In this document: positions 9,547 through 18,938 of the stretch, one piece after another
Layout: the number at the start of each line of letters is the position of its first letter
How positions within the stretch are numbered: position 1 is the stretch's first letter
Program-made: the position numbers and the translations under genes
NCBI GenBank assembly: GCA_963676355.1
Contig: OY781093.1
Span: 1,463,010-1,527,009, forward strand
Length of the DNA: 64,000 nt
Source: Christensenellaceae bacterium
GTDB lineage: Bacteria > Bacillota > Clostridia > Christensenellales > UMGS416
Direction of reading: 5' to 3'
Notes under the pieces: model-generated
Seen by the model: the letters and a program-made list of their open reading frames with translations, nothing else
What the model was told of the DNA's origin: nothing
The model's database searches: none

Positions 9547-10530
9547 CTATGCGATTTGGGATTCCAGCAATTTTTCGTCTACCCATTTTTCAAACTCTTC
9601 TTTTGCAAGACCTAATTGCAAGTAAGCGTTTTTCAATTTGAAATATGTTTTCCAATATTCAGGGTGGTGGTTGCCCAATGTTGAAACTTTGATTTTAAGG
9701 GATTTAATAAGAAGAGCCATTGCATCATCCAATTTGCCCATTTCTAGATTAACGCAAGCTATATAGTGCTGGCAGCTGGCTATGTCAGGATGTATTTTTA
9801 GCTTTTTGCTTCTAATAATGAGCGATTTTTCAAGGCATTCAAGTGCCGACTCATATTTGTTTTGAACATATAGTGCTACACCTAAATTAAAATAGGATAG
9901 CGCAATAACCTTTTCAATATTTTGATCATCCTTTTCAAATATTGAAATTGCTTTTCTGTACATTGCAACTGATTTTTTGTATTTTTTCTGATTGTCATAG
10001 ACAATAGCAATGTTAAGGTAACATTTAGCAAGGCTTGTATTTTCATTATTGCTTGACTCTAAAATCTCACTAGCTTTAAGATAATAATGAAGAGCAGCAT
10101 CATATCTTTTTAACGACTCATTGAGGTTACCCAAAGTGTTGTAAAATGATGCAGCTTCAGATGGATTACTTGATATTAGGTTATCATAATGATCCTTGGC
10201 CTTTATAATATAGTCTTCGGCTTTTAATGGAGATGATAGATGTATGTATGATTTACCTATCTTCATAAACGTGTCTGCGGCCATAGAGGAATTTTCGCCA
10301 TATGTTTTTTCAACGTAAGGAAGTGATTTTAAATATATTGACAATCCTTTATCATACTCATCATTGCGATAATAATTATCGGCAGTCTCTATGGATTTTA
10401 AAGCTTCTAATCTTTGGCTTTTGCGTACCAAATAAATAGCTAATACGCTGATTGCTAAGATTGTTATAGATGCTAAAGCAATTATGATAAAGTCATTAAT
10501 ATTAAAATTCATATATACAAAAAATAGCAT
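9547..10530 (-). CDS. membrane-anchored tetratricopeptide (TPR) repeat protein
   Basis: It has an N-terminal TM helix (FIIIALASITILAISVLAIYLV) followed by multiple 34-aa TPR-like repeats (Y..LG..Y....Y..A...Y.KA). Confidence 0.7.
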   Translation of the reverse strand: MLFFVYMNFNINDFIIIALASITILAISVLAIYLVRKSQRLEALKSIETADNYYRNDEYDKGLSIYLKSLPYVEKTYGENSSMAADTFMKIGKSYIHLSSPLKAEDYIIKAKDHYDNLISSNPSEAASFYNTLGNLNESLKRYDAALHYYLKASEILESSNNENTSLAKCYLNIAIVYDNQKKYKKSVAMYRKAISIFEKDDQNIEKVIALSYFNLGVALYVQNKYESALECLEKSLIIRSKKLKIHPDIASCQHYIACVNLEMGKLDDAMALLIKSLKIKVSTLGNHHPEYWKTYFKLKNAYLQLGLAKEEFEKWVDEKLLESQIA

Positions 10531-10684
10531 ACAATATCGAAGGTGGCAAGCAAAATCGCAATAAATGTTTGAAATATGTCAAATAATCATGTATTTAGGC
10601 GAATATTGGGTTTTGGTGGATACGAATTTATATTATGAAACGGAAAATAATATACACTAATGTGTTGATTTATTTTAGGTAAAT

Positions 10685-10708
10685 AAAAAAGCCGCAAGCG
10701 GCTTTTTT
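10685..10708 (-). terminator. rho-independent terminator after serA (bidirectional hairpin)
   Basis: The sequence is aaaaaagccgcaagcggctttttt. A perfect GC stem is flanked by an A-run and a T-run, so it works on either strand. Confidence 0.75.
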
Positions 10709-10728
10709 AATGTATAACAAATTTTTTG

Positions 10729-11895
10729 TTATTTTATCACACGCATTTTAATCATGCCTTCAATGCCTTCAAGCTTTTTAACGCAATCTTCTGATGGGAC
10801 ATCATCCACATCAATCATTGTATATGCGTATTTTGTGTGAGAAACATTGACCATGTTTGCAATGTTGTGCTCTTCGGCGGCAAGAATGCCAGTAATTTGC
10901 CCCACCATGTTTGTCACGTTTTTATGTACGAATGTTAGTCTCAGGTTACCTGAACGTGGCTGATGGCACTGTGGGAAGTTTACTGAGTTTGTAATATTAC
11001 CGTTTTTGATATATTCATCTACCTGACGAGCTGCCATTACAGCGCAGTTGTCCTCCGCCTCGGGAGTTGAAGCTCCAAGGTGGGGAAGTGCGATTATTTT
11101 ATCATGGCACAAAAGTGAATCTTCTGGGAAGTCTGTTATATATTTTGCTACACGTCCGCTGTCAAGTGCTTTGAGAAGCTCTTTATTGTCTACCAGACCT
11201 CCGCGCGAGAAGTTGAGGATAACAGTTCCTTTTTTAAGTTTGCTTATAGATTTCTTTCCAATCAAACCCAATGTATTATCGTTGAGGGGTACATGTATCG
11301 TTATATAGTCACTTTCGGAAAAAATCTCATCCATTGATTTTGTCATTTTAACTGCGCGAGTAAGTGAAAGCGCGGCGTCAACAGACATAAAAGGATCATA
11401 ACCTGTTACTTCCATGCCTAGCGAAATCGCAACGTTTGCAACAGCACCGCCGATTGCTCCCATGCCGATGATGCCAAGCTTTTTGCCCATGACTTCATGA
11501 CCTGCGAAGTTTTTCTTGCCTTTTTCAACAAGCTTTGGAACTTCATCACCCTTGCCTTTTAAGGTTTTTGCCCATTCAATTGAGTCAGTGATTTTTCTGC
11601 CTGACATCAAAAGAGCGCACAACACCAGCTCTTTAACGCCGTTAGCGTTAGCACCGGGTGTGTTAAAAACTACAACTCCGTTTTCAGAGCACTTGTCTAT
11701 TGGTATGTTGTTTACGCCTGCTCCGGCGCGTCCTATACAAAGGAGATTTTCATCCATTTCGTAATCATGAAGCTTTGCGCTTCTTACGAGAATTGCATCA
11801 GGAGAGCTTACATTATCTGAAACTTTGTACTCGTCTTTTTTTAGGTAGTCGAAAATAACGTCTGAAATAGCGTTCATTGTTTGAATTTTTTTCAT
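10729..11895 (-). CDS. serA: D-3-phosphoglycerate dehydrogenase (short form with C-terminal ACT)
   Basis: It belongs to the 2-hydroxyacid dehydrogenase family and has the GxGxxG NAD site (GIIGMGAIGGAVA) and catalytic His/Glu. It lies immediately downstream of serC. Confidence 0.9.
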   Translation of the reverse strand: MKKIQTMNAISDVIFDYLKKDEYKVSDNVSSPDAILVRSAKLHDYEMDENLLCIGRAGAGVNNIPIDKCSENGVVVFNTPGANANGVKELVLCALLMSGRKITDSIEWAKTLKGKGDEVPKLVEKGKKNFAGHEVMGKKLGIIGMGAIGGAVANVAISLGMEVTGYDPFMSVDAALSLTRAVKMTKSMDEIFSESDYITIHVPLNDNTLGLIGKKSISKLKKGTVILNFSRGGLVDNKELLKALDSGRVAKYITDFPEDSLLCHDKIIALPHLGASTPEAEDNCAVMAARQVDEYIKNGNITNSVNFPQCHQPRSGNLRLTFVHKNVTNMVGQITGILAAEEHNIANMVNVSHTKYAYTMIDVDDVPSEDCVKKLEGIEGMIKMRVIK

Positions 11896-11907
11896 TAAGC
11901 CGTCTCC

Positions 11908-12981
11908 TTATCCGTTTTTCTTTGCAAAGTCTGTCATGAAGTTTGCAAGTTTTTCAACGCCTTTAAGCGGCATTGCATTGTAAATGCTTGTACGGATACC
12001 ACCCACTGAGCGGTGACCTTTGACATTTACGATGCCGATTTTGCCGGCTTCTTCTACGAATTTTGCAGTGAGCTCATCGCTGGGAAGGCGCATCGTGATG
12101 TTCATTATGGAGCGGCTGTCTTTTCTTGCAACGCCACTGAAAATGCCGTAGTTATCAATTATGTCATAGATAAGGTTAGCCTTTTTAACGTTTATTTTTT
12201 CCATCTCTTGAATTCCGCCTTGGCGTTCAACCCAGTCAAATACTAGAGATGCAATATAGATTCCCCAAGTGGGAGGTGTGTTGTACATAGAATCTTTATC
12301 CGCCATTACTTTATAGTTTAGCATGGCAGGAGTGATGTCCATGGCTCTTCCTAAAAGATCGTCTTTGATTATAGCAACTGTAACTCCTGAAGGACCCATA
12401 TTCTTTTGAGCACCTGCATAGATAAGCGAGAACTTGCTGAAATCATATGACTTTCCCAAAATGTTTGAAGACATGTCCGCAACAAGTGGAACATCTCCCA
12501 TTTCAGGCAGTGTGTTATATTGAGTGCCGTAGATTGTGTTGTTTGTGGTGATGTGAAGGTATGCTGCATTCTGTGGCACTTCTTCTATTCTGGGAATGAA
12601 TGCATAGTTATTGTCCTTAGAGCTTGTTAGTTCCATAACCTGACCATATCTTTTAGCTTCAGTCAATGCCTTGTTTGCAAAAGAGCCTGTGTCGGCATAG
12701 TAAGCTTTCTTGTTTTGCATAAGGTTGAGCGCGCACATTGCAAATTGTGTGGATGCTCCACCTTGTAAAAACAGGACATGATAGTCATCAGGAAGGTTCA
12801 TAAGACGTTTGAGTGATGTTTTTGCGTTTTGCAAAATTTCGTCAAACATCGGACTGCGATGGCTCATCTCCATCACGGACATGCCTGTGTCCTTATAGCA
12901 GACAAGGTCTTTTTGGGCTTGTTCCAATACTTCAAGCGGGAGGGCAGACGGACCGGGTGAAAAGTTTAGTACACGTTTCAT
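11908..12981 (-). CDS. serC: phosphoserine aminotransferase
   Basis: The N-terminus is NFSPGPSALP. The product is a class-V aminotransferase fold typical of SerC. It forms a serC-serA operon. Confidence 0.9.
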   Translation of the reverse strand: MKRVLNFSPGPSALPLEVLEQAQKDLVCYKDTGMSVMEMSHRSPMFDEILQNAKTSLKRLMNLPDDYHVLFLQGGASTQFAMCALNLMQNKKAYYADTGSFANKALTEAKRYGQVMELTSSKDNNYAFIPRIEEVPQNAAYLHITTNNTIYGTQYNTLPEMGDVPLVADMSSNILGKSYDFSKFSLIYAGAQKNMGPSGVTVAIIKDDLLGRAMDITPAMLNYKVMADKDSMYNTPPTWGIYIASLVFDWVERQGGIQEMEKINVKKANLIYDIIDNYGIFSGVARKDSRSIMNITMRLPSDELTAKFVEEAGKIGIVNVKGHRSVGGIRTSIYNAMPLKGVEKLANFMTDFAKKNG

Positions 12982-13155
12982 AAAATATCCTCCATATATA
13001 AAAATTTTTATCCGGCAAAAAAGCCGGTTTTTAACACTTTTTCAATGCTTAAATTATAAAGGAACAACGGTTTAATTTCAAACTATTTTAATGATATTGT
13101 GAAAAAATTAACTAATTACTTTATTATACTAAATAGATGAAGAGCAAAAAGCATA

Positions 13156-14349
13156 TTATTGTCTTTTCTTGCGTATCATAATAGTGGCTATAATGATTCC
13201 TAATATGGACAATGCGACAGCGGGAATAAAGATAAATCGATAGCTTTTAAAGCTAGTTCTCAAAAAGCCGGCAAGAGGTGTACCAAGAAGTGCTCCTGCA
13301 CCATAGGCTGTAAACATTATACCGTAATTTCTGGAATAGCTTTCTTGACTAAACATTAGACCTGTGGCTGTTGGTGCGATAGAAAGCCATGCGCCAAGGT
13401 TCATCCATAATAAAGATAAGCAAACAATATATAGGGCTGTTGAGTAAATTCCTGATATAAGCATAGCGGTAGAGGACAAAGCTATCAAAATGAATGATAT
13501 TACTATTGCTGTAAAAGGGCTAAATTTATCTGTGAAGTAGCCAAAAAGAGGTCGCCCCAAAGCGTTAAATATTGCAAACACTGAAATTAGATATGCTGCT
13601 GTGCCTGCACTTAAACCAAAAAGCTGTTGTCCTAATTGGCTGGTAACTCCAATGACCATAAGACCAACTGTTGCACCTATTGCAAAGCATATCCAAAGGC
13701 CGATAAATTTTTTGTTTGTAATCAGCTCTTTTACACTTTGCTTCGGTACGGTTGCGCCATGATGGTCGAAGTTTTCGGGATGCTTAAAAAACAATCCTAT
13801 TATCGGAATGATTACAAAGAAGGCTAATCCGATAAAAATAAACGTGCTGTTTATGCCGGTATGCTCAATAAGGATTTCAATTATGGGTGCTGTAACAAAA
13901 GGGGAGAGACCAAAGCCAGACAAAAGAAGTCCAAGAGCCAGCCCTTTTTTCTCAGTAAACCAGTTGGACACAACCTTTATAGGGACGCCGTAGGCAATTC
14001 CCACGCCGCCACCTGAAACTATGCCATAGAAAAATATCACAGAATAAAAGTTTTTTATTATTCCAGACATCATCCAGCCTGTGCCAACTAAAACTCCTCC
14101 GATTAATATAATAAGTTTTGGGTTATGCTTATCGACTGCTTTGCCTGAAATAAGCATGAAAACAGTGTAGGATAAAAGAAAGAACAAATAGGGAAGACCG
14201 CTTTGAGCAGCATTTAAAGAATAAAATTCCTCAAAGGGTGACTTGAAAACGCTCCACGAATATACAGTGCCAAGACATATAAACATCACCATTCCCAATG
14301 CTACATAGAGCCATTTTGTGCTGGTGTTTATTTGCTTATTTTCGTTCAT
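13156..14349 (-). CDS. MFS transporter (oxalate/formate antiporter-like family)
   Basis: The product has 12 predicted TM helices and MFS signature loops. It overlaps the upstream oxidoreductase stop by 4 nt, which suggests an operon. Confidence 0.75.
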   Translation of the reverse strand: MNENKQINTSTKWLYVALGMVMFICLGTVYSWSVFKSPFEEFYSLNAAQSGLPYLFFLLSYTVFMLISGKAVDKHNPKLIILIGGVLVGTGWMMSGIIKNFYSVIFFYGIVSGGGVGIAYGVPIKVVSNWFTEKKGLALGLLLSGFGLSPFVTAPIIEILIEHTGINSTFIFIGLAFFVIIPIIGLFFKHPENFDHHGATVPKQSVKELITNKKFIGLWICFAIGATVGLMVIGVTSQLGQQLFGLSAGTAAYLISVFAIFNALGRPLFGYFTDKFSPFTAIVISFILIALSSTAMLISGIYSTALYIVCLSLLWMNLGAWLSIAPTATGLMFSQESYSRNYGIMFTAYGAGALLGTPLAGFLRTSFKSYRFIFIPAVALSILGIIIATIMIRKKRQ

Positions 14350-15878
14350 TTATACAAACCCTTCTTTTTTGCGCTTTCAATAGCAGGACATTTTTTCATT
14401 GTGCCAAAGAAATAACACTTACTGCACTTTTTGCATTTTGAGATTTCTTCATTATTTAAAGCCCGCTTTGCCCAATCATCATGGATTAAGTGATTGCGAC
14501 CAACGGCAACCATGTCGCAGTAATCGTTTTTTATAAGTGCGTTTGCGGTTTTTCTGTCGGTAATTCCATAAACTGCGACTACGGGGATATCTACCTTTTG
14601 TTTAACAAGATAAGCTAGGTGCGAGATATCGCTGAATTTCCATGATTTTGGCGCTTTATATGGCTTTGTGAAAATGCCCGCCGATACGCTTAGCATGTGT
14701 GCTCCTGCGTTTTGATAGTCGACGGCAGTTTTTAATGAGTTTTTAACATCAGGACTATCAATTCCGATTCTTACGGTAATAAGGAAATCTTCATTGCAAA
14801 GCTGCTTTATCCTCTTAATTATTGCAACACCAAATGCTGAACTTTTTTTGTATTTATCTTTTCTTTTATTGATCTTAGGGCATGAAAACTGGTTTATGAG
14901 ATAACCATGACAGCCATGAAGCTGTATGCCGTCAAACCCTGCTTTCTGTGCCCTTAGAGCAGCTTGTGCAAAGCTTTCCACAAGCGCGTCAGCCTCTTTA
15001 GTTGATAGTGCTTTTGCGCTATAGTTACTGTCTTTATATTTTGATGATGACACGGGTTTAGTATTGCTTTTATCTGACTTGAAACCACCATGCTGCAGCT
15101 GCACCAATGCGCAAGCACTATGTTTTTTTATGCTTTTTGCAAGCTTTTTAAATTGTGATATATGACTGTCATCCCACAGTTTAAGGCCGTTTTTAAACGA
15201 AAAACCGTTTTCATCCACAGCAGTTGCTTCCACAACAATCATTCCTGTTTCATTTTTTGCACGCGCGCTGTAGTGTTCAAAATCATTTTCTATAGGGACT
15301 CCATCTGAGCGTTTTTGATTAAGACGCACCAAAGGCGGCATGACAATTCTGTTTTTAATTGTGAAATTGTTAATTGTTATAGTGGATGCAATACTTTTTT
15401 TCTTTTTAGATTTATTTGCACCTTTTCCAGAAATGCCTTCAATATCCATAGCGACCAGTGTAGTTTTTGCGCCACTTTTTTTAATAGCGGATAAAGCTTC
15501 CTTAGGGAAATTTTTCATATATTTTTGTGTGATGGCTGAAAATGCTGCTTTGCGCTCATCTGGGGTTTCCACTATTCTGAGGTTTCCGTAAGCCATTGCA
15601 CTGTTATAGTCAACTGTTGCTTGCTTTGCCATGGTTTTTGACTTTGAAACAAATACAAAGTGCCCTTTGGGATTTTTTGCGATGATATCTAGCTTCAGCC
15701 CTTCGTTTGCGCAGTGAAAGTAAATGGTTTTGCCACTTATTGCATGAGACAGAGGAACGCCATATGGTGTATTCTCGTCACTCAAGGATAATACTCCGTA
15801 TTTTGCCTTTGCGATAACTTCGAGTGATTTATTGTCAGTGAGTTTCTTTTCAATTCTTCTCATTTTTTTATATTCCAT
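14346..15878 (-). CDS. fusion oxidoreductase: N-terminal pyridoxamine-5'-phosphate-oxidase-like FMN-binding split-barrel domain plus Old-Yellow-Enzyme (NADH:flavin oxidoreductase) TIM barrel, with a C-terminal CxxCxxC...C cluster
   Basis: The N-terminal ~140 aa look PNPOx-like (YGVLSL...PYGVPLSH...IYFHC). The OYE motifs follow (NRIVMPPLV, LQHGG, GFDGIQLHGCHGYLINQF, AVGRNHLIHDDW). The extreme C-terminus reads CKKCSKC...C. The likely start is the ATG at 15878 behind a GAGGTG RBS. The ORF-track GTG start is at 15890. Confidence 0.75.
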   Translation of the reverse strand: MEYKKMRRIEKKLTDNKSLEVIAKAKYGVLSLSDENTPYGVPLSHAISGKTIYFHCANEGLKLDIIAKNPKGHFVFVSKSKTMAKQATVDYNSAMAYGNLRIVETPDERKAAFSAITQKYMKNFPKEALSAIKKSGAKTTLVAMDIEGISGKGANKSKKKKSIASTITINNFTIKNRIVMPPLVRLNQKRSDGVPIENDFEHYSARAKNETGMIVVEATAVDENGFSFKNGLKLWDDSHISQFKKLAKSIKKHSACALVQLQHGGFKSDKSNTKPVSSSKYKDSNYSAKALSTKEADALVESFAQAALRAQKAGFDGIQLHGCHGYLINQFSCPKINKRKDKYKKSSAFGVAIIKRIKQLCNEDFLITVRIGIDSPDVKNSLKTAVDYQNAGAHMLSVSAGIFTKPYKAPKSWKFSDISHLAYLVKQKVDIPVVAVYGITDRKTANALIKNDYCDMVAVGRNHLIHDDWAKRALNNEEISKCKKCSKCYFFGTMKKCPAIESAKKKGLYK

Positions 15879-15945
15879 AATACACCTCACATGCTTTTAA
15901 AAAATTTTATCATTAAAGCTAGGTGATAGCAATAGATATGCAACT

Positions 15946-15978
15946 AAAAAAGCCAACAGCCAGAAGCTGTTAGCTTTT
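15946..15978 (-). terminator. rho-independent terminator after the ArsR regulator gene
   Basis: On the minus strand: gctaacagc-ttctg-gctgttggc followed by a T6 run. Confidence 0.55.
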
Positions 15979-16008
15979 CCCTCATAATCCCATACATCGT
16001 ATATTAAA

Positions 16009-16284
16009 TTAATTAAATAATGAATTTACCAACATTTTTGCGTCGTTATCTATTACTGAGTATTTGATTTCCTGACCATGCCGTCTGCCCTTGATGATGC
16101 CTGCTGTTTTGAGCTTTGCTAGGTGAGCGGATACGCTTGGCTGGGGGATACCCAGTTGCGCCTGTATCCCAGTTACATTTGTAGTGTGATCCAAAAGACC
16201 ACGGACGATGCTTAACCTATGTGGATGCGAAAGTGCTTTTAACTTATCAGACAACTCTACTACACGAATCATATCTTTAGTCAT
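16009..16284 (-). CDS. ArsR/SmtB-family metalloregulatory transcriptional repressor
   Basis: It has a winged-HTH with the ALSHPHRLSIVRGL...PSVSAHLAKLK signature. Confidence 0.85.
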   Translation of the reverse strand: MTKDMIRVVELSDKLKALSHPHRLSIVRGLLDHTTNVTGIQAQLGIPQPSVSAHLAKLKTAGIIKGRRHGQEIKYSVIDNDAKMLVNSLFN

Positions 16285-16452
16285 TTTTATCTCCTCTAGT
16301 CAAAATTAAGTTTATCATAATGTTCTGGCTTTTCTTTTTTGCTTGCAAAGTATAGATAAACAATAAAATTATGAATTAAACATATATAGTAAAAAAAATA
16401 TATTAATATTATAAAAAAGCCATGTTAATATATTGAAATAAAAAACGAATAC

Positions 16453-16482
16453 AAAAAAAGCGCCTTTTGGCGCTTTTTGGTT
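16453..16482 (-). terminator. rho-independent terminator after pilO (end of the pilus operon)
   Basis: On the minus strand: ccaaaaagcgcc-aaaa-ggcgcttttttt. Confidence 0.7.
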
Positions 16483-16494
16483 ATTAGTTGTAGT

Positions 16495-17202
16495 CTATTC
16501 CGCGGGCGTTTCCTCGGCTACTTCGGGAAACACTTCAAATGGGTTAGCGTTATTATAAGGGCCAATCATGAAGGGATAATCAGTGGTGTTCACAAAGGCT
16601 GGAATTGTGTAGCAATCCATTGTAATCTCTGTGTGCAGGTAATACATTTCAGGTTCTTCCTCCTGAACGGTTTCTTCTGCTCCTTCAGGAGTAGGCAGCT
16701 GAGGGCCTAGCATAACTTCCGGCTCTTCGTAAGTCATATTAATGCCTGTTATACGATTGCTAAATTTAGAGTTATAAAACGTATCAAGGATAGTCTCTAA
16801 ATTCGGATAAGTCGTATAAAATGACATAAGCACTTTGGATGTTTGATAATACTCATTCTGTGTTGTCTCAGGTGAAAAGCGTATTGTCACATTGTTTGCT
16901 TTGCCATTTAGCGTTTCCTCAAAAAACACAAGCATATTAGGTTCATCAATTCCTTGTGGTACTTTTGAAAACTCGTCCTTGATGTCTTCAAGTTGGGCAT
17001 TGAGCTTTTCAGTATCCTTTATGATGGATTGCTGCTGATTTTGCAGAGTCATATATCTTTGCTGACTTGTTGAAATCTGAAAATTCAAGTCTATAATTTT
17101 TTGCTGATAGGGTGTGAAAAAATAATTATAGTAAAGAGCAGCGGAAACAATGAAGACCAATGCAATTAGGAGTACTATCTCTTTTGTTGAAAGCTTTCTC
17201 AT
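16495..17202 (-). CDS. pilO: type IV pilus assembly protein PilO-like
   Basis: It has an N-terminal TM helix, a coiled-coil and a C-terminal ferredoxin-like region. The ATG overlaps the pilN stop (TAATG). Confidence 0.65.
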   Translation of the reverse strand: MRKLSTKEIVLLIALVFIVSAALYYNYFFTPYQQKIIDLNFQISTSQQRYMTLQNQQQSIIKDTEKLNAQLEDIKDEFSKVPQGIDEPNMLVFFEETLNGKANNVTIRFSPETTQNEYYQTSKVLMSFYTTYPNLETILDTFYNSKFSNRITGINMTYEEPEVMLGPQLPTPEGAEETVQEEEPEMYYLHTEITMDCYTIPAFVNTTDYPFMIGPYNNANPFEVFPEVAEETPAE

Positions 17203-17822
17203 TAGTTCTGCCCCCCTTCTAATTCCCCATCTTCGGTAGCAATCTGAGGCATAAATGCAAGAGTTAGCTGAAATTGCCTGATATCCGGTAAATCAATGCC
17301 TGAGGTAGTTGCAAGTTGCGAAATTGAAAAATCCACATCTTTTTGTGTAATGCTTGTAATATTGGTGTCATAAAACAACTCTATTGCGCGAAGGTTTACG
17401 GTGAACTCAGCAATAAGTGAGTCGCTGGCAGCCATTCCGTATAGCACGACTCCATTGGATGAAGCGTTAATTTCATTTAATATAACATCTTTGGGGCATG
17501 CCTGTTCAATAAGGTTTAGTACATTTATAGGATCAGTGTCGGAGTGTTTTGTTTGCTCTACTGTTTTCTTTTTAGCTTCCACTTCTGCAAGCTGTGCACG
17601 AAGTTGTTGATATTCCACCTCCACATGCTCAAGCTCTAATACTTTTGCCTGAATAGCTGAATACTCATTTTCTTTGTCCAGAAGTCGGTTTTGCGGTATT
17701 GTTATTGCAAGATAGGCAGTTGATGCATATAAAACGATAATCAATAATACCGGCAAAATGTATTTGTTTAGGGAGGATTCGGTTCTAGTCCTCGGGATTA
17801 GGTTTAAATCTCTTTTCACTTT
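17202..17822 (-). CDS. pilN: type IV pilus assembly protein PilN-like
   Basis: It has the NLIPR motif near the N-terminus, one TM helix and a periplasmic coiled-coil. The likely GTG start at 17822 lies behind a GAGAGG RBS and overlaps the pilM stop. The ORF-track start is at 17843. Confidence 0.65.
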   Translation of the reverse strand, partial: KVKRDLNLIPRTRTESSLNKYILPVLLIIVLYASTAYLAITIPQNRLLDKENEYSAIQAKVLELEHVEVEYQQLRAQLAEVEAKKKTVEQTKHSDTDPINVLNLIEQACPKDVILNEINASSNGVVLYGMAASDSLIAEFTVNLRAIELFYDTNITSITQKDVDFSISQLATTSGIDLPDIRQFQLTLAFMPQIATEDGELEGGQN

Positions 17823-18846
17823 ATACCTCTCTAAAAGTAGCACCTACGGCAGCTGCATATATTGAATGACTGGGTAATACGGGCTTTGTTGCAAAAAGCG
17901 GAGACATCAGATTTTCAAGCGATTCAACTTCTAAGTCAAGATTTTTTTCAAGATAACTGTCAAGACCCGGAAGCAAAGCACCGCCGCCACAAATAAAGAC
18001 CTTGTCCAACGGTTTTCTGTTGTTTCGGCTGGCAAAATAATCAAAAACACGGGTGGCCTCAAATACTATTTGATCGGCATAGGTAAGAACTGCTCTTTGA
18101 GCAGGGGATAAAGATGTAAAAAAGTTTTCTTCTCTTTTGGCTGTTTCTGCTGCAAGTGCATCAATATTCAGCGCTTCGGATAAATCCGCAGTTAGAGTAT
18201 TGCCGCTTATTCTTGTCACTTTGTTCACGAAGAAATGTCCGCGAAGATAGGTTGTTATATTTGCAGTTTCAGAACCAAGATCTATAATGCCAAAGCTTTG
18301 ATCTGAAATGCCCTGTGTTTGAAGAAGATACCTTATCATCTTTTCTTGTGCGTTTTCAGAAATATCAATGGCTATAACTTTTATGCCTGCTTTTTTAAAA
18401 CATTCCATATAAACCTGCAAAGGAGCTTTGGGGATTGCGACCACCATAACCTTAATCTGAGTGGCATCCTCTGAATCATCCTCCTGAGTACTGTAATCAA
18501 TGGAATAGTTCTGGGTATCGACAGGTAAGTATGCTGAAATCTCGCTTATCACATTCTGATAAATCTGTGAGTCATCCATTTTAGGAAGCAGTATATGTCG
18601 AACAATAACATCAGAGCCTCCCAAGCTTAGAATGCATTTGTTTCCGGATATGCGCCCTGTCTGCTTTGCACTTTTAATAGACTTCGTCAAAAGCTCTGGT
18701 GTGCTGATTTTCATCTGTGAGACAACGCCATCTGGCAAGTCAAAAGAAATAGCCTTGGTGACTGTTCCTCTACCATTCGTGTTAACAAGCTGAATGGTGG
18801 CAGCACCAATGTCAGCACCGATTATTTTTCTGTTTTTTAAGGCCAT
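17821..18846 (-). CDS. pilM: type IV pilus assembly ATPase-fold protein PilM
   Basis: It has an actin/HSP70-like fold and starts IIGADIGAATIQLV. The 341-aa size is typical of PilM. Confidence 0.85.
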   Translation of the reverse strand: MALKNRKIIGADIGAATIQLVNTNGRGTVTKAISFDLPDGVVSQMKISTPELLTKSIKSAKQTGRISGNKCILSLGGSDVIVRHILLPKMDDSQIYQNVISEISAYLPVDTQNYSIDYSTQEDDSEDATQIKVMVVAIPKAPLQVYMECFKKAGIKVIAIDISENAQEKMIRYLLQTQGISDQSFGIIDLGSETANITTYLRGHFFVNKVTRISGNTLTADLSEALNIDALAAETAKREENFFTSLSPAQRAVLTYADQIVFEATRVFDYFASRNNRKPLDKVFICGGGALLPGLDSYLEKNLDLEVESLENLMSPLFATKPVLPSHSIYAAAVGATFREV

Positions 18847-18938
18847 ATTTCACCTTTCGCGTATAATAATCCAAATCTATAAAATAAATATATCAATTTA
18901 TAAATATATTGTAACTTAAATCGAGCAAGATTTAAAGT

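Noticed and set aside
8883-10530. Possibility that the SAS plus the adjacent TPR protein form a toxic-SAS (toxSAS) toxin-antitoxin pair.
   Set aside because: The synthetase has the full housekeeping RelP/RelQ motif set and normal length. The TPR gene is convergent on the opposite strand and is a large membrane protein rather than a small antitoxin. There are no phage or mobile-element hallmarks nearby.
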